Below are positions 39,298-52,483 of a stretch of DNA of 64,000 bases, piece after piece (within the stretch, counting starts at the first letter, position 1; each line of letters opens with the position of its first letter). The translations under genes and the position numbers were made by a program. This DNA comes from Eledone cirrhosa (taxonomy: Eukaryota): assembly GCA_964016885.1 (NCBI GenBank), contig OZ024741.1:341434001-341498000 (forward strand), written 5' to 3'. The notes under the pieces were generated by a model. The model searched no databases. It was not told the origin of the DNA and saw only the letters and a program-made list of their open reading frames with translations.

Positions 39298-39663
39298 AAC
39301 GAAAGAAGGAAAGAAAAAAGAATATAAGTCGTAATTAAATGTAAAGCACAGCAGGTATTGAACCAAGATCCATTAAGCATTAATGATGTGAATGATATTT
39401 AGAGATCAGTGTTGGTAGGAGAGGAGAATAACTGTTGGAAATGTTCAGTTTAGTGGAATTAACACTAGGAAAATAGATCTAATTAGATTTACATAGCACT
39501 CACTGTCATATGTGAAGGTGTTGAACTTAAGATCAAAATGACGTAGGTTTAATTCCTCAACAGCGCAGTGTGTTGTGTTCTTGAGCATTCCACAGACACG
39601 TGTACCCTTAACATAGTTTTCAAGGAGATTCAACATGACACAGCATGTGACAAGCTTGTCGCT

Positions 39664-39888
39664 TTAACCCATTAGCATTTACATTACTCTATATATACTA
39701 TTGTATTTTCCTAGTAAAGGCTTTATCTCACATATCTCACATAATATTGAATCTATGAGATTTTGTTATTATTTATTTTGAGAACAATACCTTAACCTAA
39801 ACATGAGTGTCTAGTTACAACCAATTTGAACAGAAAGAGGTGGGGGTATTCTGGCCGGTTATGGCTGGTTTAAATGCTAAAAAGTTAA
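39664..39888. mobile_element. piggyBac-type MITE
   Basis: TTAA-cccattagcattta ... taaatgctaaaaag-TTAA. Confidence 0.6.
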
Positions 39889-40063
39889 ATTAGAGGTTCC
39901 GTTAATCTTATGTTATAGTGTTGAGTATTCCACAGACATGTGTACTCAAGGAGGTTCAGTATAACAGTGTGGCACAGCTAATTCTTTGAATTACAAGTAC
40001 ACTCTTTTGCCAGCTGAGTGGACTGGAGCAACATGAAATGAAGAGTCTTGCTCAAGGATATAA

Positions 40064-40237
40064 CAGTCAGGTAAAATTCTGTTACAACGAATACCATTAT
40101 AACGAATACCATTATAATGAAATTTTCAGTATAACAAACAAACGCTCGATTTGTTTCAGACAATCTCATTATAAAGTTTTCATTACAGCAAATTTTTTTT
40201 TATACCATGTGAATTTCATTATATCAGAATTTCACTG
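40064..40237. mobile_element. Tigger/pogo-like MITE
   Basis: cag..aaattctgttacaacgaa / ttcattatatcagaatttcactg inverted termini. Confidence 0.6.
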
Positions 40238-40704
40238 AATATATACAAAACACAATAAAATAGTTACAAAACACAATTTTATCTAATTATTAATGTATTA
40301 ACTCTACATATGTATGTATTGAGTATTTTCTCTCTAACAGTAGCTTCTTCTGTTTTCCCAATTAGTCTTTAAAAAAACAACCAAGATTGAAGGTGTAACA
40401 TATTGTCAGTGATCTACCAACCATAAAGAAGATCTTTCAATACATAGACGCTATGAAAAGATTCAACAACAGAAACATTTAGCAGTTCTCTTGCTGTCCT
40501 TGTTTTTCACTTTACATATAATTTTTACATCTTTTGCATCCTTTTTTCACTTTCTGTCTCTTTCTTAAATTTGTTTCTTAATTACAAGGGATATTAGATA
40601 ACTTTCCCAGTCAGTCATGGCTTACCAGCTTCACACGAAAGTTTAAATTGATTAAATAAATAACTACAGAAACACACACACACCATATATTATGTAGTAA
40701 ACAC

Positions 40705-41330
40705 ACACACTATATTTTAACTACTATACACCAACACACATACATATGCACTCATACTATATTTTAACTACTAGACACAAACACATACACACACCAGCTT
40801 CTAACTGTTATACACAAACACACACACACACACATATGAACTCTCACTATATTTTAACTACTAGACACAAACACATACACACACCAGCTTCTAACTGTTA
40901 TACACAAACACACAAACACACACATATGAACTCTCACTATATTTTAACTACTAGACACAAACACATACACACACCAGCTTCTAACTGTTATACACAAACA
41001 CACACACACACACATATGAACTCTCACTATATTTTAACTACTAGACACAAACACATACACACACCAGCTTCTAACTGTTATACACAAACACACACACACA
41101 CACATACGCACTCTCACTATATTTTAACTACTAGACACAAACACATACACACACCAGCTTCTAACTGTTATACACAAACACACACACACACACATACGCA
41201 CTCTCACTATATTTTAACTACTAGACACAAACACATACACACACCAGCTTCTAACTGTTATATACAAACACACACACACACACATACGCACTCTCACTAT
41301 ATTTTAACTACTAGACATAAACATATACAA
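40705..41330. repeat. 90-bp tandem repeat, about 7 copies
   Basis: actatattttaactactagacacaaacacatacacacaccagcttctaactg recurs every 90 bp. Confidence 0.95.
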
Positions 41331-41699
41331 GCTTCAAACTACTATATACATACACACATACACATACATCATATGTTAACTACTATACACATACACACAC
41401 ACACACTATATTTTAGCTCCTATTCACAAGCATACATACACTATATTTTAGCCACTATATATACACACACACCTTATTTTAACTACTATAGACAAACACA
41501 CATACGTATACCATATTTTAACCACTATTCACAAACATACAAACATACACACAGCCTTATGTGTGTGTATATATGTGCATGCTTATATGTGTGTGTTTTG
41601 GCCATAATAATTCAGTTTTATTTATTCACTTGATACAATCAACCAGTGATGAATGTAGAATAAATTTAAATACATTAACTTGGTAATGTGTGGAGTGGG

Positions 41700-42362
41700 G
41701 ACCATGATGATGGTGGGGGTGATGGCAGTGGTTGTGATGATGGTGATGATAGCAGTGGTGATGGTGGTGATAATGATGGTGGCGGTAGTGGTAGCTGTGG
41801 TGGTGGTGGTGGTGATGGTTGGTGTTGGTGGGGGGTGTTGGCAGTGGTGATGATGTTGATAATAGTAGTAGTGATGGTGGTGATAGCGATGGTGATGGTA
41901 GTGGTATCAGTAGTGGTGATGGTAGTATTAGCAGTGGTAGTGGTAGTGGTTGGAGGGGGGGGGGTGATAATGTGAGGGTGAAGAAAGTAGGTATTGCAAG
42001 AGGTGGGGGAAGAGAACACAATGTGTATGTGTGTGTGTATGTTTATCAACGTGTGTGTGTGAGTGCATGTGTGCATATGTATTTATCAATATGTGTGTGT
42101 GTTAATGTAAGTGTATGTGAGGGTACAAATAATTGTGTGTGTGTTGATATGTGCTTGTATGTGAGAGTGCTAATAAATGTGCGTCAGTGTCTGTGTATAT
42201 GTCAGTGTGAATGTGTATGTATATGATGATGCTAATAATTATGTGTGAGTGTTTTGTGTGTGCGTATGTCTCTGTGTGTGAGTGTCTGTATGTATATGTG
42301 TGTTCATGTGTGTATGGCAAACATATATGAAAGAAAGTAAACAGTTGATGATGATGATGATA

Positions 42363-42413
<51 letters not shown>

Positions 42414-42545
42414 ATGATGATGATGATGGTGGTGATGATGATGATAATGATGATGATGATGATGATGATGGTGGTGGTGATGATGATGATGATGATGACA
42501 ATGGCAATGATAATGATCATAACGATGCTGGCGGTGATGAAAAAG
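41700..42545. repeat. GGT/GAT and TG low-complexity tracts
   Basis: Direct reading. Confidence 0.9.
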
Positions 42546-42605
42546 AGTATGACAACAAGAACAACAACAACAACAACATCAAAATGTGTAAAAGAATTCT
42601 CTTAC

Positions 42606-42761
42606 CTTTCCAGCTTTCAGATCATAGCCAAGCACCCAGTCTTCCATGGAAGGATGCAAGACAATTCTGTTGGGTGTAAAGTCTATGGACACCCTTATGA
42701 TATGTTCAGCTTCATTATAAGTAAGGAACAATTGCTTGTTCTTTACATCAGTAAATATCAA
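42606..42761 (-). CDS. SORCS: Coding exon of a Vps10p-domain receptor (SorCS-like), 52 codons, phase 0-0
   Basis: Minus strand has a polypyrimidine ttttcttcag| acceptor and a |gtaaga donor. It translates LIFTDVKNKQLFLTYNEAEHIIRVSIDFTPNRIVLHPSMEDWVLGYDLKAGK. HPSMEDWVLGY resembles the SorCS Vps10 segment HPKQEDWVLAY, recalled from memory. Confidence 0.85.
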
Positions 42762-42838
42762 CTGAAGAAAATAACAAAAGGGAAAAATATCATTATTAAT
42801 AGGAAGAGGTAGGAAGCTCAGATGCAAAACATAATTGT

Positions 42839-43028
42839 AATTAGTCAGTTGCTATAAAATAGCTTAGATAAAGACCCTTAGGTAAAGACATTTCGAGATG
42901 GAAAAATTGTTGCCAGTGGCCACTATGAAGAAACAAACTCCATATCTCCAACTGACAACAGTTTTTTTTCTAATTCTAGGGGGCTTTATCCAATTTTTAT
43001 AAGCTATTTTATAGCAACTGACTTAATT
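42839..43028. mobile_element. MITE-like inverted-repeat element
   Basis: agtcagttgctataaaatagctta / taagctattttatagcaactgact, a perfect 24-bp inverted pair that extends imperfectly inward. Confidence 0.75.
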
Positions 43029-43084
43029 GGGTGTCTTAATTTATTGGGATAATTGATATTGTTTCTTAGGAGACTTCTTGTGTC

Positions 43085-43375
43085 CTTGACCCTAGGGCCA
43101 TCTCCCTACTTGCCACTGTTGGCACAGAATTGGCTACCCGCAGGTGTGAGCCTTGCGAGATGGTGGAATGGCTCTTCCAGCACATCTCCCTTACCATCCT
43201 CCGAGGAAATGCCTTCTCTATTCTGTCCGCCAGGGCCACAGGGCAGCCAGCGCATGGGCCTCCATTTGCTCACAATAGTGAGAGATGGGAAGAGCAGGAG
43301 AGACAGAGGCAGTGACAGTGGGAGTTTGGTTCTTTTGTGTTCAGACCTGGTATATATATGTATATATAAGAGAGA
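43085..43375 (+). pseudogene. CRE-like extreme C-terminal fragment
   Basis: WLFQHISLTILRGNAFSIL parallels the C-terminus at 24660-24725. Confidence 0.6.
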
Positions 43376-43454
43376 ATGAGGTTAAAAGCTGTTTTCTGTA
43401 AGTATTGGTGATATTGATGAAATTTCAACAAAATTTATTTTAACACCAAAAAAC

Positions 43455-44025
43455 AAACATTTAATTCCAGAAACTGCAGTTAGTGAGATAATATGAGTGA
43501 AACTTTCTAATATTAGTTTGTTTACCGTGAACCCACCACCTCCACTAATGGATTCTTTGCCATTAGATAAACTATATTTCAAATGCTTCTATGATTATTT
43601 TCATTGAGATGTCCAAGTATATTACTGATAAATAACTTTCTGTCTGAAAATTGTTGCTCCATGATTGTTGAGTTGATAGACAAGTAAGTGTGCTATTTCT
43701 AGCATTACTACAAACCTGTCATATTCTCCTGATATACACACATTCATTTGGTAGTCAAATGACACACATATTATTCAATGCACCGTGTTGTTTAATAATG
43801 ACAAGATCTGTATACTATCTATTGAATATATTTTTTCTACTTCCAAAGAAACCCTCTGATGAAGGAATGTCTTCCAATATTGGTTGTCTTAATTTATTAG
43901 GATAATTAATATTGTTTCTTAATTCCAGAAACTGCAGTTAGAGAGATGATATGAGTTAAACTTTCTAATATTTGTTTGTTTAGCTTGTATTCCTCCAATG
44001 GATGTTTTGGCATTAGATAAGCTTT
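43455..44025. mobile_element. Penelope-like remnant: two direct pseudo-LTR-like repeats flanking a decayed GIY-YIG-like segment
   Basis: Repeats at 43460-43575 and 43918-44022; minus-strand TDLVIIKQH and KIIIEAFEI motifs; hammerhead motif. Confidence 0.5.
43852..43943 (+). ncRNA. Hammerhead-like motif with a long stem/loop II
   Basis: cccu-CUGAUGA-aGGAAU..~50 nt..AUUCCa-GAAA-CUGCAG-UU-agag. Confidence 0.5.
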
Positions 44026-44259
44026 GTATATATATAATATATATATATATATATTAGAAAGTGAGGTTTTTTTTACAAAATGAAAAATAACCGAGGTGTC
44101 CTACACGAGTGAAAGTATAAGGAAAAAAGATGAAATCGAAAATGCAACTGGAGTCTTTTCTTAAAAAAATATATATATTTATTTGCTTCCTTCACCGGTT
44201 TCACAGTTCTTTTGCTTTTCAAAAGTAGAGTTGAGATGGAGGGTCTGTGGTTTTTCTCA

Positions 44260-44315
<56 letters not shown>

Positions 44316-44316
<1 letters not shown>

Positions 44317-44578
44317 CGTGTAGGTGTCACGAAAAAAAAAACACAGTCCACGCTGTAATGTGGCCGTGTAGGTAACACGGTAAAAAGTTCCCAGTTCCAC
44401 ACTGTAAATGTGGTTGGTGTTAGGAAGGGCAAACAGCCGTAGAAAACCTGCCAGATAGTCCTATATGAGCGAGACATGGTCACCTGACCAAACCTTGCCT
44501 CAAGTGGGACAACTCCCGTCTAACCCATGCTAGCGTGGAAAGTGGACGTTAAACAAAGATGATGATGATGATGATGAT
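44316..44578 (+). mobile_element. RTE 3'UTR fragment with (GAT)n tail, in (TA)n
   Basis: Similar to 54834-55087. Confidence 0.85.
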
Positions 44579-44707
44579 ATATACACATATATATACATAT
44601 ACGGTGATGACACATTCCTTAAACAGTGTGTGGCAGCATAAAATAATGAATCAGAATAAATATCAAAGTATCCAACCACTATTAGATGTGAGTCTACATG
44701 CTAATAT

Positions 44708-44795
44708 ATATCTGAAGAGCTTCCGATTCCAGAGTCAGGTTCGATCATTAGTCAATCATTCCTCGAGCTGATCGACAGTGAAACATATGTAATAT
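44708..44795 (+). ncRNA. Hammerhead-like motif with a long loop II
   Basis: AUAU-CUGAAGA-GCU..~55 nt..AGU-GAAA-CAUAUG-UA-AUAU. Confidence 0.45.
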
Positions 44796-44844
44796 GTAAT
44801 TAAATATGTATATGATGCAACACTTATTCTTTGTTCCATTATAA

Positions 44845-44878
<34 letters not shown>

Positions 44879-44961
44879 CCATACATACAGCAAGCATCAT
44901 GGTGGAAATATTTTAAAAAATTCAGGCTGACCATATTATTTGTGCATTTATATATATATAT

Positions 44962-45507
44962 ATAATAATAATAGTGAAATTATTGTGTACAGTGCTCAGG
45001 TGCACTACAACTCGTCAAAGGTGCATGTATAGTACATAGAATAATATACAAATGTCAGGGAAGTGAATAGTGTATGAGTCATGATATACATGTGTGTGTG
45101 TGTGTGTGTGCATGTGTATGGAGGGGGGTATATCAGGTGTAGTGCTCGCGAATCTCAGGAAACATGGAGGTTTTAAAGGATGCAATGCCTTGGCAGTTAA
45201 CAACTGATGCAGGTAGTTTGTTCCATGCTTCAGCAACTCTGAGCGTGAAAAAATGTTTCCGAAAGTCATGGGAGCTGTGCTGTTTTCTGACTTTGTGGGC
45301 ATGCCCACGTGTTAGACACATGGAAATCAAAAAAGGTACTCAGGGTTGTTGTTGGCAGATGGTTAATAATTTTGTGGGTGTTTACCAAGTCCATTGCCAG
45401 ACGTTGGAGCTTCAATGTATCCATGCCGAGGGAAACAAGGCATTCAGAGTATGGTAGATGCCTGATGGAGGGTATTCGCTTGGTTGCACGTCTCTGAACA
45501 GTTTCCA
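44962..45507 (-). pseudogene. CR1-group LINE 3' fragment
   Basis: ETVQRRATKRIP...TRGH...HFFTLRVAEAWNKLP; short (TAT)n tail. Confidence 0.85.
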
Positions 45508-45542
45508 TATATATATATATATAAACATAGAGAGAGAGAGAG

Positions 45543-45607
<65 letters not shown>

Positions 45608-45995
45608 GTATACACACATATATACACATAAATATGTATATACATATATACATACATTTATATATGCATACATAAATACACATACACACATAAATATGTA
45701 TATACATATATACATACATTTATATATGCATACATAAATACACATACACACATGCACACACAAACACATATATATGTGTATGCATGTGTATAATCATTAT
45801 GGTTTTTATAGTCACTGCTCCATGTTGGCATGGGTTTGATGGGTTGATTTGAGAAAATGTTTTAGAGCTAGATGTCTTTCCTGGCACCAACCCTTTTAGT
45901 TGCCACTTATAACACATAGGGACATAGTATACCTATTCTAAAAACCATGATACATGATATATGTTTATCATAAATATATATTCATATGTATACAC

Positions 45996-46172
45996 AAACA
46001 AACAGACTAAAAACAGAGGCAGCTACGTTTTTAATTGTTTTTTTATTTTAATCTTATATGTTGGATGGTTGAAGCGAAGCGAGAAGCGAAAACCAACCAA
46101 ACAGTGAGTGTGTTCTGTTATTAATTCTGGCAATATTACGCAAATATGACCCTCCCCAAGTATAACAATATA

Positions 46173-46231
<59 letters not shown>

Positions 46232-46566
46232 CTATATATGTGTTTGTGTGTGTATACATATATAACATATATATATATATATCACTGTAAATCTTTTTTT
46301 CAATTTTGGGAAATAATGCTCTAATTCTTTTTCAATGTCTCAGCATAGAGATCTGCTGTGAACATCTATATTTCCACACAAGTCACAAACAACCACAATC
46401 CTGCTGCCAAGAATTATTTTGTATATATGGACCTGGTTTATTTTATTTTCATGTTTAGTCATTTTTTTTTGTATCCCTACCATCATTGCTTCAACCATCC
46501 AACATATAAGATTAAAATAAAAAACAATTAAAAACGTAGCTGCCTCTGTTTTTAGTCTGTTTGTTT
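45996..46566. mobile_element. Foldback-like element with ~80-bp essentially perfect inverted arms
   Basis: 45996-46075 is the reverse complement of 46488-46566. Confidence 0.8.
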
Positions 46567-46665
46567 GATTCATCTTTTATCTATGTGTGTAAGTGTCTAC
46601 TGTAGTATTTTGGAAAACATGGAAGCCACTATCGATGTTTTGAGCGTATGTTTGTGTGCGCGCGT

Positions 46666-46711
<46 letters not shown>

Positions 46712-47004
46712 GCGTGTGCGTGCGTGCGTATGCGTGTGTTTGTTGCCTTCTTGAATTTTTTTTTTTTTGGCATGGGTGGGGAGCACCTCGAGTAAAAATT
46801 GCTATATTCAATTCTCATTTATTTCACAGTTTGCAAATGTGTTATGCAATACTGGAGAAATGCAGTATTTTTTTTACTAAATCTAAAATCAATTCTACTT
46901 AAAAACAAACAAAAAAAAGCCATAGTCTTCAACAGAAACATGTTCACACTCATAAACTAAATCAAAGCACATTCCCTCAACACATCATACCATATATTGA
47001 TGGA

Positions 47005-47315
47005 TATAACTGTAAAATGATAGTACTGGTTCGATGATAGAATGCACCCATCCCATGCTATAAAGTGATAGTACTGGTTCGATGATAGAATGCACCCATC
47101 CCATGCTATAAAGTGGTAGTACTGGTGCCATGATAAAATGGACTCATCCCATGCTATAAAGTGGTAGTACTGGTGCCATGATAAAATGGACTCATCCCAT
47201 GCTATAAAGTGGTAGTACTGGTGCCATGATAAAATGGACTCATCCCATGCTATAAAGTGGTAGTACTGGTGCCATGATAAAATGGACTCATCCCATGCTA
47301 TAAAGTGGTAATACT
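47005..47315. repeat. 48-bp tandem repeat, about 6.5 copies in two subtypes
   Basis: catcccatgctataaagtg(g/a)tagtactggt... every 48 bp. Confidence 0.95.
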
Positions 47316-47402
47316 GTTCCACAATAAAATGCACCCTGTAAATAGCACAGTACAATGAAGAAATATATTATTAGTTTTAAGCTTGATATAGCAGGAAAAG
47401 AG

Positions 47403-47438
47403 TTTTAACGTTTCGGGCACTAGTGCTTCATCAGAAAA
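47403..47438 (-). ncRNA. Minimal hammerhead ribozyme motif
   Basis: UUUU-CUGAUGA-aGCACuaGUGCcc-GAAA-CG-UU-AAAA; palindromic AACGUU. Confidence 0.55.
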
Positions 47439-48157
47439 TATGAGAAATTAGAGAAGAATTAGAAAGATAGAGGAAACTGGGTAGTGGCAGAAACAAAAAA
47501 AATTCTTGAGAAAAGACATGTCTATTCCTGTCACTATCTCCATGAAAACTATATATATATATATTCTATCATTAGACTCTTAGTGGGATTTTTGCTTTTG
47601 TGATATTGTTTTTTTTGTCCAAAAATAGATAAGGAAGATAGATAGATAGACGTATAGATAAATAGATAGATAGATAGTCAAACAGACAGACTGACCAACA
47701 GGCTGACCAATTGATAGACAGGCAGACAGTTTGATATATTTGTAGATAGATGTTGCTTTTATTGTCTGAAGATAGACAGAAACATAAATAGGAAGCTATA
47801 AATATCTGATGCCAGACTACCAGCCATAGTGTCCACTCTGTATATCTGTGTGAGAGAGAGAATGGGTGGGAGGAAGATATCAAATTACCATTTCCAAAAC
47901 AAATCTACCATAAAATGGTTGTCATAGGACACTTGGGTTTTATCATAAAGATATATATACATTTTATATATACACATACACAGACACACACACAGATGTA
48001 TATATAAGTACCAATACACACACAATGTCCAATATCCAACAATAACAATGACATAATAACACCAACAATATATGTGTGTGTACATATATATATATATGTG
48101 TGTGTGTGTGTGTATTTAAATATATACATATGTATATATATGTGTTTGCATATATAT

Positions 48158-48991
48158 AACCAGAGTAAGAACGGGATGGAAGAAGTTCAGGGAGCTACTG
48201 CCACTGCTAGCTGCAAAAGGCTTTTTGCTCAAAATGAAAAGCAGACTGTATGATGCGTGTATACGAACAGCAATGTTACATGGTAGTAAGACCTGGGCGC
48301 TGACTGTGGAAGACTTACGTAGATTAGAGAGAAACGAAGCTTGCATGCCCCGATGGGTGTGTAATAGTAATATACGCGAACAACAAAGCATAAACGAATT
48401 GAGAGAGAGACTGAGCATAAGAGGAATCAAATGCTGTGTGCAGGAGAGGTGGTTGCGTTGGTATGGACATGTGATGCATATGAAGGATGGCAGTGGCATA
48501 AAAAGGTGCAGAGCACTAAAAGTCGATAGAAGCCGTGAAGTAGGGAGACCCAAGACAACCTGGGATGAGGTAATAAAAGCAGACCTTGCCCAATTGCACC
48601 TCCCAAAGGCGATGATACACGACCGTGACCTCTGGCGTCATGCAGTAATACAGACGACCCAACTTCTCACGAGTAGAAGCTGAAGCATATAGACAATATG
48701 ACCCCCACACCCTCCCACTGCAAGGTGGTCGTGGAGGTGCCACAGCAAAAAAGCACCCAGCCCACACTGTAAAGTAGTCGTGTAGGCGCCACAGGAAAAA
48801 AGCACCCAGCACTCACTGTAAATGAGGTTGGTGTTAGGAAGGGCATCCAGCTGTAGAAATCAAACCAGAATCAGTTCCCATATGAGCAAGACAAGGTCAG
48901 CTGACCGGACACTGCCCACATCAGGACAACCCATCTAACCCATGCTAGCGTGGAAGAATGGACGTAAAACGGTGATGATGATGATGATGAT
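48158..48991 (+). mobile_element. 5'-truncated RTE LINE, second subfamily
   Basis: ORF RLYDACIRTAMLHGSKTW...LRWYGHVM...GRPKTTW; 3'UTR; (GAT)n tail. Confidence 0.9.
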
Positions 48992-49002
48992 ATATATATA
49001 TA

Positions 49003-49490
49003 GATAGATTTCTTTATTAGCCACAGGGGCACAAAAGAAGGGGACAAATACAAAGGGGGAAGTTTACATACAATAAAAACGTGTAAAATGTTATCACAGA
49101 TGGAATTTAAAAGTTAGTCGATTTTCCCCAATAGAGGGAGACAGTTTATATGGGTAACACAGACCCCCGAAAAAAATGTGCAACCCTCATCTCCAGGAGT
49201 ACGAAGAGCTTGTACTCCTTTCCTCTCCTCCTCCTTTTCCTCAACCTACAGGCTGATATAGAGAGAAGGCCCATTCACTCGGGCCATTCTCGCCACTTTC
49301 ACCCACCTTTCATAAAACTTGCTGGGGTACAGCACCTCTCTCTCCATCCTGATTCTTCTTCCAAAGTGGTATTTGAAAAAAAGAATCAGTTGTTGGCCGG
49401 AGAGAAAGGTGTCTGACCTCAGCCCTTTCAACCTTGTCCACCATACAACCTCTTTCGCCATAGCTATCACACAAAGGAAAACCGCCTCAG
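49003..49490 (-). mobile_element. Tx1-like LINE 3' fragment
   Basis: [12 protein letters not shown]...FYERW C-terminus; 3' end ccctgtggctaataaagaaa. Confidence 0.7.
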
Positions 49491-49494
49491 ATAG

Positions 49495-50007
<513 letters not shown>

Positions 50008-52080
50008 TAACTTTGAATAACTTTGAAATGTTTTGGCCAGTATTGGCCCAGGCCATGTCTAACTTAATAGCACCACCTGGCGAAGTCTTTCAATTCAGGA
50101 TTTGGGCACCATGGCCCATTCGAGAAGAGAATTACTGTTTGCGGAGACATATCCGGGTGTGGGTGGTTTGTCCGGGATTACTTGGAGGAATTTGTCCAAA
50201 GACTTCTTGAATTTTGTGTGGTCAGTTTCTGTTTTGACGTGTCCTGGTGTGATGTTGAAGAGAGCAGGGCCGATTGAGGTGAAATAATTGTGCCGTATTG
50301 TTGTTATGAGTTGCGATTTAGATTTTTGAATGGGACGGATAGCACGGGGCCCAAGCCTTGGGTGTATCTTGAAGGCGATGCCAACATCATTTGGGCAGTG
50401 ATGATGGAACATTTTCCACATCATGCAGATAATATAACGCTCACGGCGACGTTGGAGTGAGTAAAGTTTCAGGTTTTCTAATCGACCCCAGTAGTCAAGG
50501 TCTGACATGTCATCTATCTTTTTCGTGATTGCCCTTTGAGGAGCTTCAAGTTTCATGATACTTTGTTTCGTGTGGGGAGACCACAGTGGACAACAGTATT
50601 CAAGGTGTGGTCGGGCGAAAGTAGAGAAGAGAAGGATAATGGTGCGGGAATCTCTCGACTGGAAGGTTCTGAGGATCCAGGAACACATTCTGCGGGCCAT
50701 GTCAACTTTGCTGCTTATATGCGTGGTCCAGCTTATGTTGCTGTCCACGGTTACTCCCAAGTCTCTGATGTTGTTAGATGCCACGAGAGTTTCCCCGGAG
50801 GGAAGGGAGTACGGGAGTTTCAGAGCATCCTCTTTTCCAAAGTGGATCAGTTCGAATTTGTCTTCGTTCAGTAACATGTTGTTCTTTTCTGCCCATTGGG
50901 TAACAGCCAGTAGGTCTGACTGAAGGCTTATCCGGTCATCCACGCCATTGATGACCTTTTGGAGCTTGGAATCATCAGCGAAAATTTTAATGTTGCTGTG
51001 TTTGATGATGTCAGTGATGACATTAATATAGATGATGAAGAGAAGTGGGCCCAACACAGTGCCTTGTGGGACCCCACTACTGACTTTGGCTGGGCTTGAT
51101 TTGACTCCCTCAACTACAACATGTTGGGTTCTGTTTGACAGGAAGCTCTTGATCCACTGCAGCAGCTTTCCAGTGACACCAATATTGGACAGCTTTCTCA
51201 GTAGAATGTTATGATCAACCCTGTCAAAGGCCTTGCTGAAATCAAGGTAGATAACATCAGTGTTGGAACCCTCTCCCAAGGCTCTCAAAATGTCATCAAA
51301 GTGATGCAGTAGCTGCGTCAGGCAATCCCTTCCATTACGGAATCTATGCTGGTTGGAGTTCAGCATATTGTTACTCTCAAGGAAGTGGGTCATTCGTGAT
51401 CTCACCACTCGCTCAAATACCTTAATGATATGAGAGGTGAGTGAGATTGGACGGTAATTCACGGCAAGGGATTTGTTTCCCTTTTTGAAAACTGGGACAA
51501 CAGACTGGGATAGAAGGTTTTCTGGCACATATCCAGCATCCAGTGAGTTCCGCCACAGATTGGCAAGAGGAGATGCAAGTTGGTGTTGACACGCGTTCAA
51601 GACACAAGCAGGGAACCTATCGGGACCTACTGCTGAATTATGCTTGATTTCCTTTATTGCCGCCAAGACATCAGGGGCGCCAAACGTTATGTCCGATAAG
51701 GTGTAATGGGGAGTAACATCGCCGATACAGCCCAGATCGGCCATATCAGGATTGCTGAAAACAGAGCAGTATTGTTTCTGCAGTATCTCACCCATGGTTT
51801 TGGCATTGTCTTGAAGAGTGCCATTTTCATCAATTAGAGGGCCAACAGTAGAGCCAGTGATTTTGTGTTTTTTTGCAAATGAAAAGAACACTTTGGGATT
51901 GAGTTTGATCTTCTCAATGGCCCAGGCCTCTTCAGCTCTTCTCTGATTGTTGATGAGGGACATTATGTTGTTTTGGAGGTTATGTTTTTTAATCTCTAGT
52001 GATGAAATGGCAGTCAAGTTGATGTGTTGCTGCTGACAGTATTTCAGCTTGTTGATTTTTTTGTTCGTTCTCTTAATTTT
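50008..52080 (-). mobile_element. 5'-truncated CR1-group LINE with an open RT frame (stop at 50095)
   Basis: [49 protein letters not shown]; flanked by (TA)n. Confidence 0.95.
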
Positions 52081-52097
52081 TATACATACATACATAA

Positions 52098-52240
<143 letters not shown>

Positions 52241-52249
52241 CATACATAC

Positions 52250-52286
<37 letters not shown>

Positions 52287-52433
52287 CATACATACATATA
52301 TATATATATACATATATATATATTACTGGTTCCTATATTATATATATATATATATTATATATATATATATATTATATATAATATATATATATATAAATAT
52401 ATAATATATATATATATATATTATATATATATA

Positions 52434-52478
<45 letters not shown>

Positions 52479-52483
52479 TATAT

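Noticed and set aside
44188-44226. Minus-strand hammerhead-like relic (UUGAAAA...GAAACCGGU)
   Set aside because: Core and cleavage triplet are mutated; at best a decayed copy
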